A stretch of 63,890 nucleotides of DNA, filler included, from Sluysia triapertura (lineage: Eukaryota), in the NCBI GenBank assembly GCA_046118255.1. It is 5 parts of 5 records of this genome, joined end to end, with 100 filler letters (N's around TTAATTAATTAA, not from the genome) between each part and the next. Parts side by side here need not be neighbours in the genome. Positions count along the whole stretch, not along the records: positions 28,750 to 40,374 come from JBJNIA010182712.1; positions 40,475 to 52,898 come from JBJNIA010110756.1; 3 more parts are not named here. One strand, given 5' to 3'. The translations under genes and the position numbers were made by a program. How positions within the stretch are numbered: position 1 is the first letter of the stretch; the number at the start of each line of letters is the position of its first letter. Below are positions 29,784-42,999 of the stretch, piece by piece. The notes beneath the pieces are model-generated. The model made no database searches and was not told the origin of the DNA. It was given only the letters and a program-made list of their open reading frames with translations.

Positions 29784-30329
29784 GTGGTTTATATGAAAAA
29801 AGCTATGGATGATGCTAGAAAATATTTGTTATTTCCACAAACTCGTAATAGAATTTTGACTGAGATAGTAGAAACTTCCATAGGAGAGTCAGGTGATAAA
29901 CCAAATTATGAAAGGTTATTATTAGCGGATCATTTTGAAAGAGCAGCGAAAGGAGCAATGAAAATGATGTGGTGGAAGTTTTCTACTTTTGGTCAAACAA
30001 TGGCTGGATTTATGGGAGTATATTATATAATTATTATAATAAAGTTTCTTCAGCAAATATTATCTACCTATGAGTTATATAAAATTATTGGCTTCAGTTG
30101 GAAACTAATTTTCGGTATTGTTCCTTGGCTAGCTAGACCATTTATTTCAAAAGGTCTGCATGGAAGACTTTCTAAATTAAAAAAACATAATACAGTAGAA
30201 AATGAAAATATAGAATTGAAGACTCGATTATCGAATGAAACAAAATCCAAAAAGAATAAAAATCCTAAAATCTACCCAAAGATTGCATATGAATTGTACA
30301 ATGCCATAAATCCTCACAGCAATATATAA
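29784..30329 (+). pseudogene. chuvirus-type glycoprotein (retrotransposon env-like) C-terminal fragment
   Basis: LLFPQTRNRILTEI...WWKFSTFGQTMAGFMGVYYIIIIIKF...LYKIIGFSWKLIFGI follows the membrane-proximal pattern 'MFP.E....L..I ... W..F..FG...AG..G ... GWS..L' of Chuviridae G proteins and their retroelement-borne copies. Confidence 0.75.
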
Positions 30330-31049
30330 ACGTAATGTCTGAACAAGTAAAAACTTCATTAACTACTAATAGTACGAATGTTAAATTACTGGAAGATTAT
30401 GAAATATTTAAGAAAAAGGTAAATTTGTTTGTCAGATATATAATAATGAATGATTTATTTTAAGCGCTTTTGAGTACTTTGCAGTAGAAATGATTTAATA
30501 ATGTATGATTTAATAACACATGAAAAAAAGTACACTCTATATTGCATATCAAACATTTATTATACAATAAATACAAATGTTAATGGAAATATTTTAAAAC
30601 GTCATTGGAATAGTGTCTCTAAAAATTAAGTAACAATATAAATTTTACTCATATTTTTATATCGAAATTATATCTAAACCTTTTCAGTACCTTTTTTCGA
30701 AATTCTATTTTGTTTTGTTTAAATGTTTTAATTAATTTATTCGAAAAGCGACTGATGGTAAGTTATATTAGTTGTGCGTTATCTTAATTTTATTTTAGAC
30801 AAGAAAACCGACGATATTAACTGAGGTTAATTAAAGATTATTTCATGTAATTCTTATAATGCCAAAAGCTGACAAAGATAAATTAATAACATTCTGACAT
30901 TAAAACCTAAGGTGCAGCTGGCGTGGTAGGGTGGTACATTTCTTAATATTGTCTCGGAAATGATGCCACCGCAGCTGCAGACTAGGAGTTCCTCGGCTGG
31001 AAAACACAAAGAGAGGAATAAATTACTCCAAACAATTCGATGTCTATTG

Positions 31050-31365
31050 ATTTTAATCAAACGATGATTATGCTAAGTCAAAGAGTTTATACAAATGAAA
31101 AGCCCGTATGCTGGTATTCAATTGGTACTGATATATCAGATCACTCAAAACTAATTAATGATGATCATTTCCAAAAGTTATCTATTATCAAAAGTACTAT
31201 ATATTTATCGGTTAAGCTATCTTTACAGATAGCTGATGATTAAACACTATTAAACATGATGGAATTATTAGTACAGAAAATGGTAAATCTACACTCACAA
31301 TACAAGAAGCAATGATGGAAAATTTTGGTAAATATTGTTGAGCAACTAAATCTATGGTAAATGTT
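31050..31365 (+). pseudogene. immunoglobulin I-set (titin/twitchin-like) domain fragments
   Basis: EKPVCWYSIGTDISDHSKLINDDHFQKLSIIKST and ENGKSTLTIQEAMMENFGKYC fit the I-set core W and 'TL.I.......G.Y.C' motifs. A second copy of the first piece is at 29120-29285. Confidence 0.6.
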
Positions 31366-32163
31366 TTATTGGTGACGGACAGATGATGCTCTTATTAATG
31401 GACCTAAAGAACTTCCAAAATCTAATGAAAATTCTATTAGAGAACTTCTTTTTAGAAATACAGAAGAACCAAAAACAGCAAGCTCGATTTTATACAGTTC
31501 AATTTAAAAAACACTTAATCAGTCAAGTATTGAAGAACGGCAATCCAGTAAAAATGACGACACTATTGGGTGAACAGTGAATGTGAAGACTCATTTAATT
31601 CAGTGGAAAAAGGATATATTTATTTTGAATTAAATGTCAGGAGGTGTGCACAACAAAAAGCTAAATGTGCTTATGAAAGATGATATGACAAATGTCATTA
31701 GTATGACCAAATGTATTTGGAAATCATTAACATTGTACAAGATTATGCGAATTACGTATTAAATGGAAAAATAAACCTGATCCACAAATTGGTCGAAAGT
31801 TATCTCAAGTTGTTCTTTCAATACCAAATGTTGATAAAGAGGAATTAATGACATTCTGACATTAAAACCCAAGGTGTAGCAGGCGTGTTCGGAAATGATA
31901 CAACACTCGATCCCACCGCTTACAGACTAGGAGTTGTTCGGCTCTATTTACGGAAAACTTGGAAAACAAAGACAGGCACAATAAATTACTCCAAATAATT
32001 CGATTAACAAGTTTATACCTTAGTAGTTGTAAGTTATGGAATTATTTTCTTTTATTTTAAAAATAAAACCGACGAAGTAATGAATAACGAAGTAGTGAAC
32101 AAAGTTGACAGTAGCAAATCAAAGAATAACAAAACTAGGCAAATATATGGAGATTGTAGTTCC

Positions 32164-32196
32164 CCAAATTTGTGGTTTTCACATCCAAGAAATTAT
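32164..32196 (+). pseudogene. RPS29: 40S ribosomal protein S29 N-terminal fragment
   Basis: PNLWFSHPRNY matches the RPS29 N-terminus (LxWSHPRxY/F). Confidence 0.7.
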
Positions 32197-32754
32197 TATC
32201 GTGAAATGATTTTGTCACATTTCCGAAAGACTATGATCATGAATATTTTTGCACCTGCAATCGCATTATTATGAGAACGTGGGATTGACAAACTGCCTGA
32301 ACGGTAAAATGAAGTGATCGATTGTAGAGGAATCAGTGGTTAAATTGACCACATTACACACTGTATGGGAAATAAATAAAGAAACTAAATATATTTAAAT
32401 CGAGTAAATTTGGAAACTTGTATTATTTTATTACAATAGCATAATACAATTGTATTTATATTATTTAATAATCAAAGAAATTATACTCGACATTACATAA
32501 AAAACATTTATCATACAAGAAATACAAATGCTAAGAGAAATATTTTCAAACACTATTAAAACATTTTCTCCAATAAGATATTTTACAGTTTATTTTTCGA
32601 ATTTCTCCTTTTGTTTTGTTTAAATGTTATTATTAATATATTAAATTAATATTTGAAAAATGACGAATTAATGAATAACGAACTTGTGAATAAAGTTGTC
32701 AGTGGTAAATCAAAGAATAAGAAAACTAAACAATTAGTTGGAGATTGTAGTGTT

Positions 32755-32899
32755 CCAAATTTGTGGTTGCGCTTTTCACAACCAGGTAGCAGATCATGCC
32801 GTATTTGTAGTTAATCTCACTGTATAATTAGATAATATTTCTTTGTGTCGCAGATGTTTCTATGAAAACGCTCAGATTATGGTCTTTAAGAAAGTTTAA
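32755..32899 (+). pseudogene. RPS29: 40S ribosomal protein S29 pseudogene
   Basis: PNLW...PGSRSCRICS...HCIIR*Y..LCRRCFYENAQIMVFKKV*, with frameshifts. Confidence 0.85.
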
Positions 32900-34773
32900 A
32901 TACATCCAAATAATAAATATTTTCTAGCTTCTTCAATAGTTTTCTGATCCTATAATCCACTTTTAATTATATCTTCAATTGTTGTGAATTGAATGTTATG
33001 TCATCATTCTTTATAAATGATATGTTTGAATGTACTTTATCTCATTGCATATGCTACTTTATTAGCTATTAATATAATAGGAAGTTCTTGTAATACATTT
33101 TCTTGAAGAACGAATGATGAATTTGAAAATTGTAACAGTTAAGAAATTATGTTTCAAATACAAAAATTAAAATGATAATCATATATGTATATTGAGTGTA
33201 CATATTTTATCGAAAATGATACAATACTCGACTTCGAGTTTATCTGCTGCAATTAGATAACCGATACATCAGAACAATCCCATGAACAAGTGTACACCTT
33301 ATTAGTTGTATGTTTTATAAAAGATAACCGACAAATTAGTGAATAAAATTGACAGTAGTAAATCAAAGTATAAGAATAAGTGTATTCCGTCCATCGAAAC
33401 AAGATTTCAAGCTAGCTAAACAATATTTTCGATCAAACCTAGGAAAAACACGGAAACCTAAGTTGAAGCCCGAGTGGTTGAGTGGTACATTTTTTAAAAT
33501 CATCTCGGAAATGATACTACACTCGATCCGTAGCAGTCATTGATGATATCTAATGGTAAACTATATGAAATAATCGACTAGTTAGAACACGCGATTATGC
33601 AGTCACTTAAAATTTTTCAAAATTTTAAGATTTTGATACATTTTAATCAAATTTCTAACTAACTTTCAATTAAATATATTTAAATTAAATAAAATTAAAA
33701 TTCAATTTATAGTTAATAAAATATTTTAGTAAACCACTTTTAATCAAGTTTATATTAGTGTTTTAACCGAAAAGGTAATCTAGTCGATTCTACTCATATT
33801 TCACCAGTATTCACATAGTAAAGCAACTAAAAAATCTCCCAAAGAAAAGATTAAGTGTTTATGCTCTTATTTATGCTAAAGCCTTTATTAATCTATTCAA
33901 AAAATTCATATTCGTGAAATTTTTTAACAATATCATATATATTAGCATAATTATATAACTAGAAAAAAATATTTTTATTAAAAATTACTTTTAATTTAAA
34001 AAATAATGACGTACTCGTAATTTTCAAATAAAAATATCAATATTTTAACACATGTAAAATGCAATTTATTGTAATTACTATATTTGTTTAGTTGACTTAA
34101 TTGCATAATTATACTATTTCTTATTTTAAACTGTATAAGAGTTTATCATTTTTTAATCTACTACATGTACTATTTTAAAATTCAAGACAATTATTTCTTA
34201 TTTTTGTAATTAAATATTTAATTATTTCAAATAAGTAATTTTATATATTTCAATTCATTATGAACTTTATTTTATTGATACTCTAAATCTAATACAAATC
34301 TGATGAATAATAACATTAACGGCTATAATAACACTCCGTATTTAAGTAATTCGAGTTTGGGATTATTAGCTTCTAATCATCAAATCAACATTTTACAGAT
34401 CCTAATGCATTTAATTATTGAAGTACTCAAAAAGGAACTGGTCAAATGTGGAATAATTTTAGATATTTAATGTTTAATAAAATTTTTGACTGCAGATTAT
34501 TTACTGATATGTACACCTATTCCTCGTTTTACACGGTTCAAAAAAATTGAAAATTTGTTCCTTTTGATCTCAGGCAGTTTATATTCAGTATATAATTTTA
34601 AATTTTATGAACCGTGTCAAAAACTGCAAAACTTTATTTAATATCAGATTCATCTTCAGTAATTTATTTACTTTATGAAAATATTTTAAAATTATGATTT
34701 TGTTTAAATGAATCATGAAATAATTTAAACGAGTGTGAAAAATCAAATATCCAGTAAAAAGAAACAATAAGAA

Positions 34774-35321
34774 ATGAATGATTTTGTTACTTTCGCTTTC
34801 TTTATTTTAGTCTTATTTTCGTTGCATTATTCCGAAGGCGTAGAAAGTCAAAGTAATGTAGTTCTAATTTAATAATGATTTAAGATATCACATTTTGTGT
34901 TATTAATGTAGCAGCTTTAAAAGTTGCTACATTTCAGTATTTGAATATAAGCGAAAAATATTCTATTCAATGTGAATTGGGATCAACTCTATATGATTGT
35001 ATGGATAAAATTGATAAGATGACTGCAGATATATTAAATGTAATATTGGTTCAGCCTTCTATGCTGTTCAAAATTTTGGTATTAGGCCATTTGAGGTAGA
35101 AAGCTACAATGATTAAAAATGATATCATATACATCAAATGCGGTCGTAATAAAAAGTAAAATTACTGATCCTAAGGATTTACAAGGTAAAAGTGCGTGCT
35201 TTTCAGGTGCCGGGTCGGCAGTAGGTGGGGGATATTCATTATCTACACTAATTCAGAAAGGATGGCTTAATATATCTTACTGTAACAGTGATTTGAAAAA
35301 TGTGAATAATTTTTTACAAGA
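34774..35321 (+). pseudogene. transferrin/melanotransferrin-family 5' fragment (signal peptide + partial N-lobe)
   Basis: Signal peptide MNDFVTFAFFILVLFSLHYSEG, a 32-nt GT-AG intron (34853-34884), then ITFCV, YDCMDKIDKMTAD, NAVVIKSKITDPKDLQGKSACFSGAGSAVG. Frameshifted and truncated by the repeat module. Confidence 0.8.
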
Positions 35322-36212
35322 ATAAGTCAAAACCTTATTCTAAGGTGCAGTCGTAAAGGTAGAGTCGTATATTTCTTAATATTATCTCGGAAATGATACA
35401 ATACTCGATCCTCAGCTGCAATTACTGAAAACTTAGAAGAAAAGCAAAGCCATGCACAGTAAATTACTCCAAACCATAGCCGATTAACCAGACACTTCCA
35501 TGAACAGGTTTTCACCTTATTAGTTATATTTTATATTAATTTTATTTTAGAAAAGAAAACCGACGAAGTAGTGAATAAAGTTGACAGTAGTAAATCAATG
35601 AATATGTGTATTCCGTCCATCGAAACAAGATTTCAAGCGAGCTAAACAATATTTTCGATTAATCATGGGAAAAACATGAAAAAGTTAAAACCTAAGGAAC
35701 AGCCCGCGTTGTCGAGTGGTAAATTTCTTAATATTATCTCGGAAATGATACAATACCCGATCCTCAGCTGCATATACGGAAAACCTAGAAAAAACAAAGC
35801 CAGGCACAATACATTACTCCAAACGATAACCGATTCAGCAGAACAAGTGCATGAACAAGTATACACCTTATTAGTAGTGAATAAAGTTGACAGATGTAAA
35901 TCAAAGAATAAGCAAATAGTTGGTCGATCTAGTCATGCTGTCTGCGATATTCATGGTGTTATATTTAAGATTGTTAAGGTAGCTAATGTATCATTATTCG
36001 CTTTATTCAAAACTAATGTTATGAATTTGTTTCTTAATATTATCTCGGAAAAGATGAAACATTTGATACCACCTCAGCTACAGACTTCGAATTCCTCGGC
36101 TGCAATTACGGAAAACTTTGAAAACAGAAGAACTCGAAAAGACAAAAACAATCTCCTGGAATTGTTTCAATAATAGATCATATGAAAGAAGATCCGAAAT
36201 TAATGCTAAAGT

Positions 36213-36299
36213 AGTAGCAGATCATGCCGTGATTGGGATAACACACACCGTATAATTAGAGAATATAGTCTGTGTCGTAGATTCTTTAAGAAAGTTTAA
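36213..36299 (+). pseudogene. RPS29: third RPS29 fragment
   Basis: agcagatcatgccgt...gtataattaga...tgtgtcgtagat...ctttaagaaagtttaa is colinear with 32787-32899. Confidence 0.7.
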
Positions 36300-38239
36300 T
36301 TAAAATATTGTTTAGTAAAGTTTCACATTTCACATAAGTTTATTGCGTCTATCGAAACAATATTTTCGATCAATCATAGGAAATACGCGAAAAAGTTAAA
36401 ACCTAAGGAGCAGCCCACGTGGTCGAATGGTACATTTCTTAATATTATCTCGGAAATGATACATTACTCAATCCGCACCTGCATAAAAAATTAATCTCAA
36501 TATTTTCAATAATCACAAAACAGAATAAATTCGATATTAATCCACGCATTTAATTTTAAATTTTTTGAACAGTGTAAAACGAGTGATGGTTGAAATTTTA
36601 TGTATGTAATACAGTGCAACATTATTATTCGATGGCACTTTATTTTTAATTATATATTTATTAATTATAATAAATTATCACATGCTCTGTCAAGCCGCAT
36701 ACGTTACCGAAACATAATAATATATACACAATCCACAGTGATAATAAGAGGTAGATGATAGGTTGTACGCGCTTATCCTCACAAATATAGAACCAACTAC
36801 AGTCGTCCCTTGCGTTAATGAACAAGGCCGCAGAAAAAAGAGCGTATATGATATGGATGAAATGACAGAATTTAATGAAGTTAATAGTAAAGGCAAAATC
36901 TAATAAATTAGATCACTGAAATAATTTAAAATATTTTAAATATAAAAAATTTAAGAAGTCCGATGCAAATCAATCAACAAGTTTGAATCATTTCAAAAAG
37001 TAAGTTCATCAATTTTAATTTCATTATAATAGTACAAGTAATATATGTGTGGCGATTATTATTATTTTGCAATTATTATTATGTTATGTATCAATGTTAT
37101 GCTACTTATTTTTTTCGGAATTGTATTAATTTATTTTTCTGCAACGTTTCATTTTCAAATTCAGAAGTCACTTTTTAGAGTTTCATACGTTAACGATGAA
37201 TTTTCTTTAAGTACTAATAATAATAATAAATGTTTGATGAACGTTTCTTAAAAGAAAGGAGTTATAATACAATGTAGATCATCTTCCGAAAGAATAATAA
37301 AGATATTAACAACACTAAAAGGCCATAAATACATAATGAATCCATCCTTATTAAGTTTTATTAATTCTTGTTTCATTTAATGTTTATTTATTTAACGTTT
37401 AATTTTTCTTATAATAATGGTAGTAGATTTTAATAATTCTGATTTTTAAGCATATTTTCTTTCCTATAACTAACATCATTCAACGTACAATAGTTTCACA
37501 AATAATAAAATTTAACAAAATTTATTTGTATGTTTATAAATTTGTAAATATTGTGCAACTTCATTTTATTTCATTCAATGATTAATCACGTTCATAAACT
37601 TCATAGACATATTCTATGCCATTTTCCATTTGAATTTGTTCATCAACATTTGGTAGTCTAAACAAAAATATATCAATCATTCATAAAACATTATTGATTT
37701 GAAATTTATAATAAACATAAACTTTCATCTCGACCATAGATAAGCTAAAAGTTATCCACACCTTGCATTTTAGTTCAGTGAATAAAGTATTAAAAGTTTT
37801 GAATTGTTTTAGAATAATGTGAAAAAAATGCTTGAAGAGTTAAAATTAATATAGAAAGTTGTAGTAAGAATTGTAAAGACATTGACAATGATCAGTACGA
37901 ATTTAGTAAGTTATTAGAGGTTAAAGAAACTTCAATATTCAAAATTATTTGGGTTAGAATATACATTGAGAATAGTTCAAACTAAATTTCAACGCTGAGA
38001 ATAATTTCAATCTCCAAACACAAATTTCTATTTCGATTAAAATGTACGAATACAATCACATAAGTATTTTTAATTGCTCATATAAATAAGTTATGATAAA
38101 CCAACAGCTTTTTGTTATTATAAATTATTAATTTTTAAAATTTACAAATTATCTGTATCTGTTGTCGTGAAATAAATTACAAACGTGTCTCTAGTTTAGA
38201 GGTAGACTTGCACAATGTTTTAAAATCAAAATTATTTAG

Positions 38240-38473
38240 CAACGTTGATTGAAGAATTTTTCGACCAAAAATCACCAGGCTTCTTCAAGCGCGAGATTGA
38301 CAAACTGCCAGAACGGTAAAAGGAAGTGATCGATTGCAGCGAGAATACTTCACCGATTGAGATATTTGTTTTTTTCTAATGATTTAATAAATTCATTTTG
38401 TTATCTGGAATTTTTTGCATGGTTTTTATTCTTGTACTTGTAAAAAACCGAACGAACTTATGCATCAACCCAA
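38240..38473 (+). mobile_element. mariner 3' end remnant
   Basis: FFDQKSPGFFKREIDKLPER*KEVIDC..EYFTD* followed by the TIR-like end cgaacttatgcatcaacccaa. A shorter piece is at 32270-32335. Confidence 0.85.
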
Positions 38474-39165
38474 TTTATGTACCAATAAATTTCTGATAAA
38501 GAAAGAACGTTATTGAATTTCCGTAGTTATAATATCAAGGTATGCTTCTGCTGAGTTGGTACGCATCAGTAGTGTGCAGAACGTCGCATGAAGTACATAG
38601 GGATCCATTTACCCCAATAAAAATGCAAAATTGTTCAATCACTAAACATATTTCTTGCATCTGTATCTATTTTAATGTGTTTATTATACAAAAAATTAGA
38701 AAGACGTCATGTTTAAAGGGTTAAATTATAAATGTTTGTCAATATTTTTATGAACGAATGAAAATTGCTCAGTAACAAAACTAAAAACAAAGTATTTTAG
38801 AAAAATTAATAACCAAACCTTTTTAAACAATAAAATGACAGTGTTTTATTTCCAACTAGGGTGAAATATTCACACATTTATTTTCTAGGAATATTCAGTG
38901 CATTTCTAAATAAAATACGGTTTGAAACCCCAAATGTAACCTGTGTTAATTAAAACGACAAAATTATCCGAGTAATTTCCTACGAGAAAAACATTCTATG
39001 ATAAAACATTCTTATTGCATATTAATTGTATTCAGCAGTTCTATAGAATGAATGATTACATAAATGTTTCAGGAATCTTACATTAAAAACTCAAATCTTC
39101 TCAAAACTTTTACGTAATAAATAAAAATTTTATTCATTCTTTACTTTTAAATTAATTTAATTTAC

Positions 39166-39538
39166 TTTTTAAATTCCTTTAAGCCGTCACTTTTCAAAAA
39201 TTCATCACATGGTCGTGCCATAGCTAAAATATTTTCAGTAATCCTAAAACACGAATTTATGAATTTCATCAAAACTTTTAACCATGAACTATATAAACCT
39301 TGTATAGCTGTTTCTTCAGATGAACGCTTTGAAGGCCATGAACAATTGCTACATTTTTTTCCATGGCAAAATAATTTACAATAATCACCTTTCACAAGTT
39401 GAGGTTTGGTAAAACCAACTTTGTCTTTATTATTATTTGTTCATTATTCATTTATTTAAAACTACCCATATCAATGTATTCGGGATCAATATCTTCTTTA
39501 GAATATATATGAAATTCTTCATCACTAAGTATATCCAT
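39166..39538 (-). CDS. PTPDC1: 5' exons of a PTPDC1-like protein tyrosine phosphatase gene
   Basis: Exons 39538-39466, 39424-39283 and 39243-39166 are joined by 41- and 39-nt GT-AG introns in frame. They encode CKLFCHGKKC...EETAIQGLYSSWITENILAMARP, compared with PTPDC1 'QAIKGVYSSWVTDNILAMARP'. Confidence 0.85.
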
Positions 39539-40089
39539 AACTTAAATTATATTAATGGAGTTAAGTATACTTTCATTAAAAATAAATATAATTTATAACA
39601 AATTGAAATACTTTTATCATACTTTTTAATTCTATTTAATTTATATTAGTAACCTATAATTTATTTAAAGAAATTACTTAGTAAAATAAAATTATCATTA
39701 TTGAATTACTTTGTAAAAATTGAAAAAGTTTCAATAATATTTTGATAGTAATAATTTCTTAATTTCAATGATTTCTTAAGTGAGTATCTTTAGTGACATT
39801 TATTGACTAAAGTATTTTTTTATTATAATTTTGTTGAAACAAGTAACCTAGTATAAAAGCGATGATTTCGCCTGTGATTCAAGGTTTACAATATAACTTG
39901 TCCACATGATTTTGCAATGTAACAAGCTTATAAAGAATTGTGGAAGTCAATAATTACAAAGGATATTATGGAAGTTAACCTTTTTCGTAACTATTCCGAT
40001 ACCTTCACGGGCTCGATACATTTTTTTGGATTCCCCAACTGCAGATCAGAAGATGAATGAGAAACATGTAGAATTATTAGATGAATTAA

Positions 40090-40374
40090 CGTCTATAATA
40101 ATGTTAATACTTTGGAGTTCCAAAGACTTATATAAGGGTTTGAGATCTTGAGATGGACTTGAAGAACTTGAAGACCCTAGTGACCTTTGAGTATTTTGAA
40201 ATATCGATAAGCATTTAAGATCTTTTAGTAACTTCATAAAGTGTATAAAATCTTTAAAATGCTTGAGAAATAAAATCTTTGTTCAAAATAATAAAGTTAA
40301 GTTTAACATAGTAATAATTAACATGAAGAAGTAGAAAAAGGAATCAGAGAGGTGAAGGTGAAAACACCCAGAGC
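40090..40374 (+). repeat. repeat family 2, copy 2 (runs into linker)
   Basis: Matches 26130-26372. Confidence 0.8.
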
Positions 40375-42999
40375 NNNNNNNNNNNNNNNNNNNNNNNNNN
40401 NNNNNNNNNNNNNNNNNNTTAATTAATTAANNNNNNNNNNNNNNNNNNNNNNNNNNNNNNNNNNNNNNNNNNNNTTTAAAATATAATAATGATTTTAAAT
40501 ATTAGTTGATAAAAATAATATTACAATAATAATTACAAAATAATAAATAATTACTTGATTTATTTCCAAAACGACGATGGGTTAAATTATAAATAGATTC
40601 TTTTAAAATTAAATCCTTGAAATAAATCTTTTATTAAATCTTTTTATAAAATTAAAATTACAAATTTGATTAAATCCTTTTATTTATGAAATAAAATTAT
40701 CAACTGCAAATTTATCGAATAAAATTATTAAATTAGACCTTTACTATAAATTACAAAATTACGTATTAAATCTGATCTTGGTATTTACTATATCTTACTA
40801 TATTTACATTTCGACGACCTTTATTCTACATTATTATTATTATTATTTTATTAGTAATATAACTATTACTGTTATAATGTTTTTCATCAATTACAAAAGT
40901 AATTAGTACAAATTAATTTATATTTTTTTTAAAATGTTTTAGAACATTCTGGAATTTTTGTGTTATTACATTTTTAATTTTTTTCTAAATCAAAATATTT
41001 AAAATATTAAAATATTTTTATATTATTAAGTTTGGTAATTTTTGAAAACCTACTTTGGTAAAATTACAATCACTTTCTTATCTAATGTGCTTTTGTGAAA
41101 GTAAGTCTTCACTACTTGAATAATATCTGAAAATAATTAACAATTATAACTGATACAAATACATTAACTAATAATAATACTCGAAAATTACCAAATAGCA
41201 ATATTTAGATTACCATCAGTACCTCTGAAACCACTACCTTAAAATAAAGGCGATATTGCAGTTCTTGTTGCGATAAACTAGTCTTATTCAAGGGGCACAT
41301 TTTAAAGAGCAAGAGATAAGAATTAAATATTTTTGAAGTTATCTAAAGATAAAGGTTTGCAATTCTTAGATGTATTACTTATGATATTTTAAGTTTTCGC
41401 TTTTAAAATTATAATTCATCCATTACATATATAATTCGAAATATCGGTTTTATTTAGTGGTACCAGTGAATTGGTGCAGAATTTAAAATTAATTATTAAC
41501 CAAACATTTGGCGAATACTACTTGATATTATGATCGATATTATCATACTGAATTTGTTGCTAAGTGAATTGTTATCATTTTACTTTTGTTTTAAGTAATT
41601 TTTATGCTATTATAAAATACTTGGAAAAATTTGTTACCATTTCCTTAGGGATATATGAGTTTAAATTTTAACAATAATTTCAAAGATTTAAAATTTGAAT
41701 TTGAAAATCTAAAGTTGATTTGATCGTCTTTTTAAGTAAGATAAATATGTTAGATTATTTTAGTACATTAAATTAGTGTTACTACTTTTCACAAAAAAAT
41801 CAATAATTTCTTAGTTTTATTTCATTAGTGAATCACTACTTAATGAATGTTTATTGACATCATAAATATGATATTTATTAGGAATGTCTATTTTATAAAA
41901 TTGTGTATGAAATTGTTCTTATTTTCTAAATTAAAAATGAATTACTTACAGAAAACTTTCTTTAGAATACTAACACTTTTTTGCATAAAAAATTGCAAAA
42001 TAATTGTTTAAATAAAATAATTTTTTTATTTATTTTAATATTATTTATTTAAATTAATATTATTTATTTATATTTAAATTAATTATATTTAAATTATTTA
42101 TATTTAAATTAATATTATTTATTTAAAAATTTAATTTATTTAGAACAATGATAATTCTTTTATATTCTTTTATAATGCTATTTCATTTTATTTAAAACTT
42201 TGACAAAAATAAATTTCAATTTCGGTAAAATATGCTTTAATTAATAAAACTTTAAAATACTTAAATATCGAATTTCTTTATAAAAATAAGATTAATAAAT
42301 AATTAATCTTTTCATAATGAACTAACAACTGAAATGAAAATACAGTTTAAAAAGTAAATACTTGAAAATAAATGAAAAGTGTAAATTTATAAACGCATAT
42401 ATACTACTTTTATTCGTAACTTTATATAATTCTATTTATATTTATAAACAACTTATCAAAGAATAAAATATTATGAAAAATTAAAATAATTTAAACAAAA
42501 TAATTGAAAGCAAAACTTAAACTATTTAAAATTAATAATATTTTTAGAAAAGTTTTTAGAGATATATTTTATAAGCAAAATAATTTTAAAAAATTAAGTT
42601 TGCAATTTTTATATATGCTTTATTAAAAATGATTTTCAAAATATCAGAATAAATGAAAGTAAAGTAATCAAATAATAAACAGATTTGGTAATTTTTTTCG
42701 TTTTATCAAAAATTCATATTTCATTAAACATAAGAATTAAATAACTTTTTAACGACTTTATTATTATATTTTATTAATTATATTTTATTAATATTTATTT
42801 TATTTAACCATTTTATATTGTTGTTGTACATACTAACTAATTACATGATTATACGATTATAAACTATTACAGGATTATACGTATATTTATTATAAACTAA
42901 TATGTGGTGTTTATTGATATTTTAGGTACATTTATTATTTAATTGTGTATATTATTATTTTATTCAGCATATTTAATTTTTATTCAACATATTTAATAT

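Larger units (their letters stand above)
28750..36485 (+). repeat. about nine diverged partial copies of a 150-300 bp module interleaved with gene fragments
   Basis: Core tttcttaatattatctcggaaatgatacaatactcgatc and ccgtccatcgaaacaagatttcaagc recur near 28750, 30900, 31860, 33210, 33390, 35330, 35610, 36030 and 36350. Confidence 0.9.
34523..36583. mobile_element. TIR-bounded ~2.06-kb non-autonomous unit carrying gene fragments (Pack-type)
   Basis: ~31-bp inverted pair ctcgttttacacggttcaaaaaaattgaaaat (34523) / attttaaattttttgaacagtgtaaaacgag (36553-36583). No clear TSD seen. Confidence 0.5.

Noticed and set aside
28750-36485. Repeat-spacer alternation as a CRISPR-like array
   Set aside because: The units are long, degenerate, variably truncated and irregularly spaced, the context is eukaryotic, and no cas genes are present.
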